From the human T2T-CHM13v2.0 reference genome, Homo sapiens: a stretch of DNA of 64,000 nucleotides. The notes beneath the pieces are model-generated. The model was not told the DNA's origin, did not search any database, and saw nothing but the letters and a program-made list of their open reading frames with translations. The stretch is taken from the NCBI RefSeq assembly GCF_009914755.1, contig NC_060935.1; one strand, given 5' to 3'. The translations under genes and the position numbers were made by a program. This document shows, piece after piece, positions 1-13,936 of this stretch. How positions within the stretch are numbered: position 1 is the first letter of the stretch; each line of letters opens with the position of its first letter.

Positions 1-725
1 GATTGCCCTTCTGAAAAGATAATTCTAAAAGAGTGACAGATCGTTTTCAAGAGAATGAGAATGTAGAAAGAGCAACAATTTAAGATGCTGTTTTAGTGAT
101 TCCAGTAAGAAATGTGTTGCGTAAGTAGAATTCACATATGCCGGGATGAGACCAACAGGTGGCATTTTTTCTACTTCCTATCTAGTTTGAAACAGATACA
201 TCTTATGGGAGGTAAACTTGCCCCTGCTGGCACATGGCTGAAAGCCACAGATGGAGTCCTGACATGGGGCACAGAATGTGTGTATATGTCTAAATATCCT
301 CTACTGGAAGAAAATCATAGCCAAAAAGATATTATTAAATATTCAGGAGTGTCAATTACATAAAAGAAAATATGATTTTATGAATATTATCCAGGACAAC
401 ATCTATTTAACTGTGATGCTTTAGTATTTGTATTTATTTCTTTTATTTAAGCTCTTTCTACACATTTTATCACCCTTCATTGTCTTATTGTCCTGTTTTT
501 ATTTCTTGTATAATTAATAATTTAGAGGTATAATGTCACTACTTAAAAATTTAGTTGATTTTTATAAACACTATAAACTTAAGATTATTTTATAATGCTG
601 CTTTAAGACTTTGCTGTCCAATTTTATCGTGTTTTTCTTCTAAAATTATTTAAGGGTAAATATTCTTTCCGCCTAGCACAGTAATTTGTATATCTGAGAA
701 TTTCTAGGCAATATACTCTGACTTG

Positions 726-861
726 GGTATTTCATTAAGTATGCTCAATACTTAATATTATGCAATACTTAAATGTGAACATGCTTCCAAGGTGCTGGAT
801 AAATGAATTAGAAAGGGCTAGCAGCAATGTTTAGTATTGAGCATATACTCTGATTTAGGTA
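726..861 (+). repeat. Arm 1 of a 136-bp inverted duplication (partner 1802-1937)
   Basis: Manual reverse-complement alignment, ~9 mismatches, no indels. Confidence 0.93.
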
Positions 862-1801
862 TTTATATCTTTTAATCCTTATAAAACTCCATAGCCAGTT
901 CCTGCTGCTAGTGTGGTGAGATCAAGTGTTTTGAGTATCTATTGAAAATGCCATGTGATGCTAATCGTCTCCCGGTGAGCGGTTCCTCTCTCCAGTAAAT
1001 GGTTTATCAGTAAAAACTGATCCCCCACAGTTCTTGCATCGCTTTCATCATATTTACTGCAATACCATAAACCTTGAATAACACATGGGATCCATGGGAA
1101 GTGCCACGGCGATGCTAGAAGAGCACCGAGAAGCAGAGAAAAGTCATGATATTACAAGAAAAAGTTGAATTGCTTGATACGTACCATAGATTGATGTCTG
1201 CAACTGCCTGCCATTTCGAAACAAATGAATCCAGCATAAGGACCATTGTTTTAATAAAATGAAAAGGAAATTTGTGAATTTGTCCCCAGCAGGCATGACA
1301 ACTTTGCATTTTTTGTGAAATACCTTTTTAAACTTGTAAGTGCAGCCTTTACGTGACTGCAGATACGGTATAAGAAAGACATACCTATAGACTCTAATAT
1401 GATTCCAGAAAGAAATGAAGTCATTTTATGACAATTTAAAGTAAAAGGGAGGTGAACCATCTGAAGTGACAAATTTAATGCCAGCAAAGAATGGTGTGAT
1501 GATTGTAGAAGATTTGGCTTCAAAAATGTCAAGATCAGGAGAAGCAGCTTCTGCCAACTAAGAGACAGCAGACAGGATCCCAGATGCCATTAAGAAAATA
1601 ATTGAGGAGAAAGGATATCTATCTGCCTGCACAGGTTCTTAATACAGATGAAAGTGTCCTATTAAGATGCACAAAGGACATTTATTAATAAGGAAGATAA
1701 ACAAATACCAGGTTATAAAGCAGCAAAGGATAGGGTAACTCTGCTTTGTATAAATCTAGCCTGGTTTGTGATCAGGACTGCCCTTCTCTGCCCTTATCTG
1801 C

Positions 1802-1937
1802 TACCTAAATCAGGGTACATGCTCGATACTTAACATTGCTGCTAGCTCCTTCTAATTCATTTATCAAGCACCTTGGAAGCATGTTCATATTTAAGTATTG
1901 CATAATATTAAGTATTGAGCGTACTTAATGAAATACC
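1802..1937 (-). repeat. Arm 2 of the 136-bp inverted duplication, inserted inside Tigger2
   Basis: Interrupts the Tigger sequence between ...gcccttatct and ...tataaagctgctaac. Confidence 0.93.
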
Positions 1938-2523
1938 TATAAATATAAAGCTGCTAACTCCAGTGTCTGAAGGGAAAATAATAAGCACCAGCTGCCAGTC
2001 TTTTCGTTGTATGACAAGAAGGCCTGGACAATAAGAACCCTTTTTTTGGATTGGTTCCATCAATGCTTTTTTCTTAAAATCAGGAAGTACCTTTTCAGTA
2101 AGGGATTGCCTTTTAAAGTTTTTTTTTTTTTTTTTTTATATTGGACAATGCCCTGACCAGCCAGAGCCCCCATGAGTTCAGCACCGAAGGCATCCAAGTG
2201 GTCTATTTGCCCCCATACACAATGTTTCTATTTCAGCCTCTGGATCAGGGGATCATAAGGACCTTTAAGGCTCATTACACATGTAATTTTATGGAAAGAA
2301 TTGTCAATGCCATGAAAGAGAATTGAGAGAGAGAAAATATCGTGGAAGTCTGGAAGGATTACACTAGTGAGCTGTCATTGTTGTTACAGGACAAGCTGTG
2401 AAAACCATCAAGCCTCAAACAATAAATTTCTGCTAAAGAAAACTGAGCATGGATGTTTTGCATGCCTTCACAGGATTTACGACAGAGCAACCCAAAGAAA
2501 TCATGAAAGAGATTGTGGATATG

Positions 2524-2524
<1 letters not shown>

Positions 2525-2566
<42 letters not shown>
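2525..2566. repeat. (CA)n microsatellite
   Basis: ~21 CA units. Confidence 0.97.
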
Positions 2567-2568
<2 letters not shown>

Positions 2569-3086
2569 TTCTGTCGGGGGAAGGTAAAGGATTTCAAGAT
2601 GTGAATCTTGGAGAAATTCAAAAACAAATAGACATCACACGAGAGGAGTTAACCGAAGATGACTTGATGGAGATGACTGCTTCCAAACCAGTGCCAGATC
2701 ATGAGGAAGAAGACATGGAGGAAGCAGTGTCAGAAAACAAATTGACATCTAGAAGGATGTAGATTGAAGGAAAGCAAATCATATATACTATATAAAACCT
2801 ACTAATTCATGATGTTGAGCTTCACATAAGCTGTGATCATGTTACTTTCAGTATTCTCCACATCACTGGCAAAATGATTAGCCATCATGAGAACAGACTG
2901 TTGGGACAGAAACCATCCGGGACATGGCACAAAGGGAAGAAAAAAATAGACAGTGGATGCTTCAATTGAAAAGAGGCAGAGAGTGAAAATCTCTTCTGCT
3001 CACATTTTACTGCCCTGTTTAAGTTCTTTGGTCAAACTTGACGTCAACAGATCTGAGGTGTGTAAGGAGGATAAGTGAATATTTTT

Positions 3087-3207
3087 TAACAATATACAAA
3101 TATAAAACATACAAACAATATACAAATATACAAAAATATTTACCAATATACAAATAATATAAATTTTAACAATATACAAATAAACAATATACAATATTAA
3201 CAATACA
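3087..3207. repeat. Degenerate A-rich tandem repeat (core aacaatatacaaat)
   Basis: Core recurs about 6 times. Confidence 0.75.
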
Positions 3208-5904
3208 ATCTGCTCTATCTACCACCTGCTTGTGAATGGTTCATAATATTTCATCATATAAATGCATCATAACTTATGTGTGTATGTTTATGTTGTCCCT
3301 AATTTTTCAGTAATACAAATAATTCTAGAATACAGCAGCTACCCACTCGTGTTGGCTACATAATGTGAATGAAAAAAAACCTTTGTTGTTGAAATCCATT
3401 GGAACTTTAGAGTCATATGTTATTACCACAGCATAACTTTGCCTCATGTGACACTGAGAAAGTAAATCCTTGGTACTGACATGGTGATATTATGAACATG
3501 CTAGTTTCCCAAACTTTGAACATAAAGCAATTAATTCATAAATCTAAAATGGCTACATACAAATGACACATAATGCCATCTGTTGGTTACTTTGTTATAC
3601 TTTTGCTTTAGGTTAGGACATCCTTTTGCACTTTGGAACTATGAAACTTCAAATAAAGTAAGCAGAGATACTTCAGTGATATACCATTTTTAATTTTTTT
3701 AAAGATTTTTTAATTTATACCTACTCTTCTTCAACTATCAATTTATCTGTATGGATATGAAAGGAAACACAACAAAGCATGAGCATGGTTAGGAAGGAGA
3801 AATGTAGGGGAAGAGAAGAAGGAAACCATTTTTATCTTAAACAAATATATATTAATTTTTTATTTATAAAATACTAATTTCATTACTCAAAAAATTTAAA
3901 AGGTTACCTCAAAATGCTATAATTTATCTTTAACTCTATCAATATGGTCATTGATTTCAGAGGAATTTTCTGTAAATTCTTTGATTTTAAGGGTCATGCT
4001 GCTATAAAGCTTTTGTGTTTTTATTGCTTTATTCACATATTTGTGGGGCTGACCAGCGTTATATTTAGAAGAAATGGAATCTGGATTTGTTCTTAAGCTG
4101 ACATATTTAGATTCATGCTGCTAAAATGAAATACAATTTACTGAAAAATGTTTTCTTACTCAATAGGAATGGCCAAATCCACTAAAAAGAAGAGAAAATA
4201 AAGACATATTTCATTTTTATGCTACAGTATTTCATGGCTACACTCTCACTAGAGTGAAATATGATTCTTTAGAGAAATCTAAAAAAATCTACAATAATGT
4301 TTCTAGGATTTTTATTCACTTTCTGTTTGGTAGCCATGAGGTGCCTGACCTTCTTTTGACTAAATGCTGAAGCCCATAGTTTATAAAATCCTACAAACAC
4401 ATCTGTAATTCAAAGCAATCCATTAAAATGGATATTTCCCCCAAATGGAAAAACCATGAGGAGGTCCTCATCCCTCCTTTGAGGATGGAGGCAGGAGTTA
4501 ATGCTGTTTTCTAAAGTCATACTGTAGGTCAGAGGTTAGCTTTTCACCTGCGTAACTCTGGAGGTCAGATCTCAGGACATAGGGTGAATGTTCTAGTGCA
4601 GCAGATTTCAAGGTGGTGTTGAAGTGCTTTCTGGCATCTAGTCCAATAACCAAGGACTAATATACAGTGAGAGAATTAACACAAGAAACCACATCAATGT
4701 TTGAAGATTTTCCTTTCTTGTCTCCTTTTTAGCTAAAGAACTTTAATTAAATAATCTTGCTTTTAATTCTCGTTTGGTTGCTTTCTAAATATGTGACTTT
4801 AAATGAGTCACTTAACCTCTCTGAAGCTGTATTCACTGTCATTTGTTCAAGGGAATAACACTATCATCTTCACTGGTTTGGGGAAGATTAAAATACAGTA
4901 ATATACACAAAATGTGTACTAGAGTTAGCGGCCAAATATGGGTGTTCTGCACAAGGGAGGCCTTGCTTGCTTGATGAAAGTATGTGCATTTGCATATCAG
5001 CAAACAGTTAACCCTTGGCTGCACTTTGGAGCCTGGCCCAAGTTTCATGTCCATTCCTGACCCATTTTTCATATCGGTATCCCAAAAGATACCATACTTA
5101 TTTGTCCTCAAATATCGTTGCATATGAGAAGAGTCACCTAAGACTCTTGTGAAAAATGCAGATACCTAAACTCTACCTTAAAAATTCTGATTAGGAAGAT
5201 CTGGGAAAGAACTCAGGAATTAAAATTTTAGCAACCATCCCCAGGTGAGTCTGAATCAGGGCCCATCAGACCCCATTCGAGAAACTCTGGCTTCATTTGT
5301 ATAGGCAAATTTGATATTTGTATAACTCTTTGCTCTTTCCAAGAAACACCAACACTTTAAGTGAAATGAGGCTAACTGCATACAGGCTGTCTTAGGATGG
5401 TCATGCTGGTGTTCAAATAGGGATCCGTTTCTAAACAAATAAACTTCCATAAAATGGATATTCCCTAAGGAGTTATACTTCAGCAGATTAGCCATGATTC
5501 TCAGTTAAAACAGCATCACCCACTTTGTTCTATTTCTGTTAGGAATACACTAGGTTAGACCACGCTTTCAAAGGCCAATTCAATGCGTTTGAAATATGCT
5601 CCTATCTCTTTCACATAAAAATAAAATTGGTTAACCTTACTCCTACCTCCCTCTAAAGGTCATCTCCATCAAAATGATATCCTTCACCTCTCTGGTTTTC
5701 ATTACTTTTGGGCTTTGATGGGTATAATTGGTCAGCGTGACTTCAAAGAGACTCAAATGATATTTCACCTCTGTCACTTGAGAGACTGACCTCTCCTTTT
5801 GCAGTAATGGGCTCTTTGTAACCTCCTCTGAGGTCACCTTAGTTGCTTAAATGTGGTCTAATTTCAAGCAGTTGTGTGGTATCTAATCACAGCACGCGGT
5901 AAGC

Positions 5905-5935
5905 TTGCCCTCTAGTGGCTGCCATTCATATTGCA
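5905..5935 (-). promoter_or_regulatory. CTCF motif (CCACTAGAGGGCAA) with an upstream TGCAAT module
   Basis: Core at 5905-5918 on the minus strand; TGCAAT begins 17 nt 5' of the CCAC. Confidence 0.65.
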
Positions 5936-8299
5936 CTGCAGGAATTTGGTTCTACCTTCATTTACTTGGGGGCAGGGGTAATTTAAGTCAGAAATAAATC
6001 CATCCATATAAAAAAGTAGATATCTCTCTATTTCACAAAATATCCTTCATGTGATTTTTTTCTTAGTAACTATTTTTGATGAATTTAAATGAATAACATT
6101 TTAATAAAAATAAGCAGTTGTAAGTAATGCATTGTGTGTGTGTTTAGTGAAAGGCTAAACATTATATTTCTCATTATATAAATAGAAGAGAAAACAATTT
6201 GGAAGGAAAAGATAGAATTGCCCACGCTACATTGAAACTTTAGCATAGATGGATCATGATATATATTAAAGAATTTCTTTTGATTCCCAGGATGTCTGAA
6301 TTCTCATATTGTCATCTTACCTCCCTATTAAGAATCCTTAAGTGGATCCTAATGGCAATAAGTTAATGTATAAATCCTTAACACAGTGTAAATAAAACTT
6401 TCACAATTTGTCTCTCAAAATCTTTTTGACTTTTGCTGCTCCTTCATTTTGAATCCTGAGATTCTAGCCAAATTGAACTGCGCTAACCTAGAGAAGTCAT
6501 ATCTTTTCATAACTACATGCTTTCACATAGGCTGTTCCTTCTGCTTGAAATGCCTTTTTTTCCTTTTTCTTTCTTTTCTCTTTAGGAGACTTGTCCAAAT
6601 AGATAATAATTTTTTCTTGGCTTAATATCATCTTTCTGTAAAACTTTCCAGATTATTTCTTTTTCCTACTTGTACCTTGAACTTCATACTACATCATCTC
6701 TGGACTGTGAGTTTTGGACAATCTTCTTAAAGTGTGTTAGTTTGCCTGTGATCAAAAAAATACCCAGTAAAGATATCTTTATGAATAAAAGATGGGTTTA
6801 ATATATAAAGAAGATGTATTGCATTTCCAAGCATGAATTGGTGGACAAACACTGAGCTTAATTCAATATATGGTTTTCCTTGTAAGACATTTTGGTGGTG
6901 TCTGCTATTTTCACAGCCCAGCATCCACTCTCCATCATTTTAGTATTGACTATTGATCCTATCAGTCTAGTAACGACCCCCAGATTCTCTTTCTCTGCTT
7001 CTGTGTGTGCCCGTGTGCTTCTGGTGCTATTTATTTCACTCAATTCTGCTGTCATTACTGACACACCGTTTAGATCTGGCTAATCAGAGCATCATATTCT
7101 TCTGGCATTGGCAATTAACTCTAGGATGAACAACATGAAGACCCTTGCTCATTTTCCTTGGAAAGAGGCTCACACTTTTCCACCCACCTATTAATCTTGA
7201 AAATTGTGAGGAATGGGACTGCTACTTGCTACCCTATTAAACCAGTATTAGGATAATGGATCAGACAGGCAGACAAATTAGGGTTTTAGTGGTGTTGAGA
7301 ATACAAAGTAATGACTCATTACAGAATATTTTGGAATGTGATCCAATTAAGACTGGGTTTTTTAAATTTTTTATGGAGTGCAGAGTCACATGTATCCCTC
7401 AGACTTTACTGTTTACTGTTTATTGTCACTCACGTAGGCTCAAGCTGGGAGCCACCAATAGATGGCTCTCTAGAGATGGCACAAATCATGACCAATTTGA
7501 ACCTCAGATGTACTAATTTTGACACATTACATTTTGCACTGGTGTTTCAAAATTCTACAGTGGATAAAACTTCAAATACAAACAGTACTAGATTTCCTAA
7601 GTTTCAGGTTAATATACTCTATTATTTGTCTTTCCTCTATCACCTTCCCACCTCTCTATTGGTGTTCTCTGCACATCTTAAGCACATTATTTGTATTTGA
7701 AATTTTGTCTCAGTCTTCTTCTGAGGGAAACTAAACTAGACTTAATGTCTGTGTGTGTGCATGTGTGTGTGGGTATGTGTGTTGTATATTGGGATTTGTA
7801 TACTACGATTCTTTTATAATAGAAGTTGCTATGTAGACATCTTTACCTTTCTACCTTTATGCTCCAGTACTTACAGATCACCCTACATAGCCTTCAATGG
7901 AGAGGTCAGGGAAGTTCCAGTGTCCTGAAAAGAGGCAATTTTGTATGCAAGATAGATTGAATGTGAGGAGACTAGAAGCAAGAAAGAATATCTGGTGACC
8001 ACTCCAATAATCCAGGAGAGAGAAAATGAATGTATCTTCCCTAGAGTCTGTGAAGCTTTTTTCTTATGGGTCCCTATCTCAACTAGTTCCCTTCAAGTTT
8101 TCAAAGATCAGGTCTGGAAACAGAGAAATTGAACATGCTTCACAATTTTACCTAAGTTAGATTTATTATTTTATAATATTAGAAATAATATTCCAACACA
8201 AATAGTGCACAAAAATAGATTCCTTAACAGATTTCTGCCTCTTTGAATTGCTTTGCTATTGTTGTTTTCAAGTCCATGAAGTGAAAGTTTGTCCTATGG

Positions 8300-8490
8300 A
8301 TACATAATTGTAAAGAACTTTGCAAATCATGTATATGAAAAAGATTTCATATGCAGAATAAAGAATTCCTACAATTCAACAACAAAAAGACAAACAACCC
8401 TATTAAAATGGGCAAAGGATTTGAATAGATATTTCTGCAAAGAAGAGTACAAATAGTCAAGAAGCACATGGACAGATATTTAACATCACT
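8300..8490 (+). mobile_element. Old L1M ORF2/3' fragment
   Basis: caacaacaaaaagacaaacaaccctattaaaatgggcaaaggatttgaatagatattt is a typical L1 motif. Confidence 0.7.
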
Positions 8491-9187
8491 TGTCTTTTTG
8501 CACATTTCTGTGAGCTCTGTTTCAAGTCAAATCAAGATAGCCTTGCAAGTAGGGTCTTCAGGGACTTGCAAGTGGGGTCTCCCAGGGAACCAGAAAACTG
8601 GATAAATAGTGACAACTGGGAGTGAGGCTTTAAAGGGGCCCCAATCTCATTCTGTGTCCATCCGGCAACTTCAAGACTCCTTATTTCCACTGTGATTGTA
8701 GGCTGTTTTATTTTAAGATTACTACAGACCTAAACAGAATAGGATGGGAGTAGAATAAGTCAAAATACCCAATACTTGCTCTTATTAATGAATTAAGCCA
8801 TTTTTCTTCAATAACTCTCCCTGGATTAGTGTAAATCTTTGGTTCATTTCCAGATTTCTCGAAAAGAAATGACACTGATGATGCTTGTGAGTTTTCTCAC
8901 TGCTTTAATGAAAAAGAGTTTTCAGGGGTTCTTATGCTACCATTTTTGATGATGATCTTCTCCAATTGTTAACTCTTTCACAACCATAGTAAAATTTCAA
9001 AACCAGGACAATGGCATCGGTACAATATGTGTGTATAGTTCATGTCATTTTACCACATGTGCAGAGTTGTGCAACTACTACTTAATTCAAGATAAAGGAT
9101 TATTACATCACTACAAAGAGTTGTCTTGTGTCACCTCTTTTTATTATCACATCTACCCCGCTAGCCTTCACCATTCCTAAATCCTAG

Positions 9188-9634
9188 TGTATTAAGGTTC
9201 TCTAGCAGGACAGAACTAATAGGATAGATGTATATGTAAAGGGGAGTTTTTTAAGGCATATTGACTCACATGATCACAAGGTGAGATCCCACAGTAGGCC
9301 ATCTACAAGCTGAAGAGCGAGGAAGCCAGTCCGAGTCCCAAAGCTGAAGAACTTGGAGTCCGATATTCAAGGGCAGGAAGCATCTAGCACAGGGGAAACA
9401 TGTAGGCAGGAACACTAAACAAGTCTAGTCTTCTCACGTTCTTCTGCCTGCTTTTATTCTGGCCACACTGGCAGCTGATTTGATGGTTCCCACCCAGATT
9501 GGCGGGTGAGGGCTCTGCCTTTCCCAGTCCACTGACTCAAATGTTAATCTCCTTTGGCAACACCCTCACAGACACACCCAGGAAAATACGTTGCATCCTT
9601 CAATCCAATCAAGTTGACAATATTTACCATCACG
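9188..9634 (+). mobile_element. MLT2A-type solo LTR (ERVL)
   Basis: Starts tgtattaaggttctctag..gaactaataggata and ends caatccaatcaagttgaca..accatcac. Confidence 0.85.
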
Positions 9635-9959
9635 CCCAATAAGCATGAATTTGTTCTAAAATCAGTCACCTGTTAAAGAGTTCCCTGTCTCCCAGGAATG
9701 GTGCCACCTTAGTATTCCTGCTATACTTGGTTCTTGACAGGGAGAAGCCATAAGGCCTCTGCACAAAAGCAGTAATAGATTTTATAGCACAGCAATTGGG
9801 AAGCTGGACATACATGCTCCTGGGAGCCAGAGATCTGACAGGCTCATTCTCAGGGCTGCCAAAATCAGTAAGAACATGAATAATATCTGTCTCTATCATT
9901 GTTTTATCCCCTGCATTGGCACACAGATGTGCCAATACTGTACTAGATACCAAACACCA

Positions 9960-10135
9960 TTAAAAGTGCTTTTCATATAGTGTCTCACTTAATTCTTGTT
10001 ATAACCCTGTGAAATAATTAACATTAATATCTTTACTTTGCAGATGAAGAAATAAAGATATAGAAAGGCTAAGTAATTTGTCCAAGATCATACAGATCAT
10101 AAATGACAGTCATATTGGCTTCAGAATGTGTAGTA
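9960..10135 (-). mobile_element. MIR fragment
   Basis: ttgcagatgaagaaat..aagtaatttgtccaagatcatacag core. Confidence 0.65.
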
Positions 10136-11619
10136 TTAATATATATAATCCTATAGTTGGCACACAATTTCTGTTCCAGAAATGAATGACTGAATGAATG
10201 AAGAGGAAATAACCATTTCCTAATCATATTCACGTTTGAAAGAGCATTTCCAAACCACTCTGAACTCCTCATGAGCATAGAAAAATTATGACTAAAATAA
10301 TGAGATAGGCCTAGAGGGACCCTACTCCTAAATTTTTATTAGCTAAGAACCTGTCCAAACTCCACCTCAGATGACTTGAGGGAGAGGTTCTTCTTCACAC
10401 TTAAACTAAAATTAACAAAAAGACTCTTCTCATCTGAGTTAATTATGCAAAATAAATTTTGACCCCACCCTAGGAATTTCTATTTGTGGAAGTAGGAGTC
10501 AGCAAAACATTTTTATTCTTATTTGTACACTCTAACAGGTACAGGTGCAATTAAATAAAAATATTTTGTCAGGAAAGCATGAAATATTTATGTTTATTTA
10601 AAGATTAATATAAAATTCTAAAGCCTAAGACCTTGGTTATATGCTGATAAGTTCCTGAAAGTACTGCTTGAAGAGACATATCTTTGCCCATTGTCCTTCT
10701 GCAACTATGGCAAGTTAAGTTTGAAGACATTCAGGCAAATGTCTTCAAGAAGCTCCTCATCTCTTTTGGAATATTTTTGCCCCAACCCAGCACATGTGCA
10801 TATGAAGACATGCAGTTCGTCTATACAACCATGTGGATTAGTCATAATTAAGATCCTCCCAGGCCAAAGCAAAAACATGAAAACCATTACTTTGCACCGA
10901 CACACTGTTTATTCTTGGAATACTAGCAGCAGGGACCTATGAAGCAGTGTTTGGGGTTACATTATTTGGGTTGTCAATAGAGCTTGTTTTTCCTAAATTT
11001 TACTTATACCATTAGCCTGCTTCGGAGGGTGTTAGACAAAAATTTCTGAAACTCATTGTTTTTAGTTGAAAATGTAGTTGATGATGCTGTTCATATCATG
11101 GAGTGTTTTCCGCATCAGCTACCAAAGAAAAGCATATATCTAAAGTCCAGAAATAAATCTGAACTGGGCTTTGCATAAACAAACAGGTTTTCATTTTTTT
11201 TGTTTTTTTTTTTGTAATAGATTATCTGATTCATGTGTCTGAATTTATCTCTTATTGTTGGTTGTTAGGAAACTCAGACATAAACTTTTATGAACTTCTA
11301 ATAAAATTAGATGAAGTCATAGCCTGCATTCTGCATATTAATTTAACTTTTAGATTGCTGTTTTTCCAATATTTTCTTTTATTCCACTTCTTCTCGGCTT
11401 TGGAAAATATTGCTATGTGTATTTACTCCTTCCTGTAAAAGATAAGATTTTTTTAATTAAGAAATTGAATTTGAATCCACTACTGTTGGAATTGTGTAGG
11501 CCATTTTGTGTCATTTTTAAAAAGCTCATCTACATGACTAAAAAGAAAACAAAAACAAGACTATATCTCCAGTGTATCCAGTTGAAAACAATACTTAGTC
11601 TGTATCATCTTACCAAGCA

Positions 11620-12180
11620 TCAGGGAAGATTCAGGTTTCATGAAGCCTCAGTAGTCTTAAATTTGGGGAAATTTTTGAATAAAAAGAATACAAAAGTATA
11701 AATAGAAAATTAGAAAGTGAATGACGAAATAAAAGAAATTATATATTTGTCAATGGCCATAAAACCCACAAACATCATTCACAAAATCCAGAAAGATAAC
11801 ATGAGGTATGTGTCTTTAGTAACTGCCTATCACAATTCTATAATTATTTTTCTTACATTTAGACTACATATTCCTTGAGTCTTTATTTGAATGCATTTTA
11901 ATAATATTTTCTACAGAAAAAAATTGAAAAACAAATCATTGCTTCATCTAAAATGGTTGATGAACTATTTTACATTATAATTTTTAAATTTTTGTTTTGC
12001 TTCATAACTTATTAGTATTGCCATATACATTTTTCAGATTACTGTCAAATATGGAAAGTCTTCTTTCAATTTCCTTTCTTATACAAGGTATATGATGTCA
12101 TTGCATGTCACATTTTTTCGTGTAGGAGCTACTCTCTAATCCTCTTTGAATGAATGTCACATTCACCAATCTGTTAGCAT
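11620..12180 (+). mobile_element. Old hAT element with a MER53-like 5' end
   Basis: cagggaagattcaggtttcatgaagcct..aaaaagaatacaaaa resembles the MER53 terminus; 3' boundary uncertain. Confidence 0.4.
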
Positions 12181-12209
12181 AACCATATCTTACCAAAATA
12201 AACAAATAA

Positions 12210-12214
<5 letters not shown>

Positions 12215-12250
<36 letters not shown>
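12215..12250. repeat. (TA)n microsatellite
   Basis: ~18 TA units. Confidence 0.95.
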
Positions 12251-12251
<1 letters not shown>

Positions 12252-12559
12252 CGAGCATTTTTTCTGTTCTTAGAAGGTCCAGGGGAAACGAGTAACTCTG
12301 GGCTTTGGGTTTATTTGCTTCACTGCAAATCTGCTCTCCAAGCCTGAGAAGACAAACCACACTATTGGTTAATTATGTAAAACATTCAACAATCAGTACA
12401 ACATGAAAAGTAGTTCATAATCACGACCAGAACTGAGAACTAATAGAGCACATACTTTGCTGGAAAGAGAAAAGGATTATCACTTAGTGAGATTTCTCAC
12501 TTAGTAAGTACCTACTCAGGCAAATGTGTGCCCAGTAATTTTATAAAAATGAATCAATC

Positions 12560-13330
12560 TATTTATCTATTCAATAGAGACTTTAAAACACCAACTTTCC
12601 AGGGTACTAGAAATCTAATGGTTAACAAGACAGACTTGATGCCTTAAATTCTAATGGAGGAGACAGATAATAAGCCACCAAACATATAACTGCAAATTGT
12701 AACGAATGCCCTGATGGGAACCAATGGGATGCTATGAAAAGGAAAACTGAGAGGTGGGAGACCAAATTTAGATAGAGAAAACTGTAAAGGTTATTTAAGC
12801 TGATACCTGCAAGATGCACCAGAACAAGACACATGAAAAATGAGAAAAGCAGTTAGGAGTCCTGAGACTTGCAGTATTTGACCCATGTGGGGGAACTGTG
12901 CTGGGGCGGGTGTGTAGGTGGGTGGTATGGCGGGAGGAGGGAAGCACAGGCAGCTCCCAGATAACTGCAGGCCTTGGAGGACAGGGCCAGAAGTGCTCTA
13001 AGTGCAGTGGGAAGCAATTGAAGGGTTGGACCCGAGGCTGACATGACACAGCTTTCATTCAGTCTACTGCATGCACCATGAAGCTAATGAAAACAAGAGA
13101 AGGAAGCAGAGGGCAGCTTGGACCTATCCTAATAATACAGGCAAGAGGTGATGGTGGTTTGGGCCAGATGATTAAGTGCCGATATGGAGTGGAGTGGCAT
13201 AGAATAAAACACGAATTCCTAATGGGTTGAACGGGAAGCAAAGTAAGGGAGAAAGAGGATTCTAATTTGATTCCTGCATGCTGCACACTTTTATCGATGT
13301 GGAGATCAACTGGAAGTGGGGAATAGATTT
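12560..13330 (+). mobile_element. L2 fragment(s)
   Basis: Diverged L2 3' motifs (ctaatggaggagacagataataa.., gcaagaggtgatggtggtttgggccag). Confidence 0.55.
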
Positions 13331-13501
13331 TGTTTAATCCTTACAGCAACTCTGTGAGGTGAGTGTTTTTGTACTCATTATATGTATATGAAATCAGAGA
13401 ATGAGAGAGCTTTTAACTTCCCGCGGGTCTCTCAATTCAGAAGTGGAAGAATCTAAATCAATAGTTTCTTGGATTTATTGCTTTAAGAAATGCATATTTT
13501 G

Positions 13502-13803
13502 GGCTGGGCGCGGTGGCTCACTCCTGTAATCCCAGCAATTTGGGAGGCCGAGGCTGGCGGATCAAGAGGTCAGGAGATCCAGACCATCCTGGCTAACACG
13601 GTGAAACCCCGTCTCTACTAAAAAAAAAATACAAAAAAAATTAGCCGGGCGTGCTGGCGGGCGCCTGTAGTCCCAGCTACTCCGGAGGCTGAGGCAGAAG
13701 ATGACGTGAACCTGGGAGGCGGAGCCTGCAGTGAGCCGAGATCGCCCCACTGCACCCCAGCCTGGGCGACAGAGCGAGACTCCGTCTCAAAAGAAAAGAA
13801 AAA
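13502..13803 (+). mobile_element. AluY
   Basis: Full dimer with the accatcctggctaacacgg diagnostic; TSD atgcatattttg (13490-13501 / 13805-13816). Confidence 0.95.
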
Positions 13804-13936
13804 GATGCATATTTTGAATACTCATCTTTCTTCCTTTAAGTTTGTGGATATTTGGCATAGGTGATCTCTAAATATACTTGAATCAAGCCTGCCAATTTGG
13901 AACTATTTTGTTAAAACCGCCTTTACTTCAGAATTT

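Larger units (their letters stand above)
945..2750 (+). mobile_element. Tigger2-like (pogo/TcMar-Tigger) DNA transposon, degenerate transposase fragment
   Basis: Translated remnants ..VVYLPPYTMFLFQPLDQGIIRTFKAHY.. (DDE_1 QPLDQG motif) plus an N-terminal HTH region; many stops and frameshifts. Confidence 0.85.

Noticed and set aside
2177-2195. REST/RE1 half-site TTCAGCACC
   Set aside because: The right half GGACAG is missing and it lies within Tigger consensus sequence
2141-2762. Possible domesticated TIGD-like gene
   Set aside because: Multiple stops and frameshifts, plus a (CA)n and a foreign insertion in the transposase
10691-10942. Overlapping short ORFs with a protein-like look
   Set aside because: No recognisable homology and no paired splice sites
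13562-13750. Alu-derived ORFs (also 23832, 29752, 31113, 34800, 42342, 47837, 62175)
   Set aside because: Standard antisense-Alu translations
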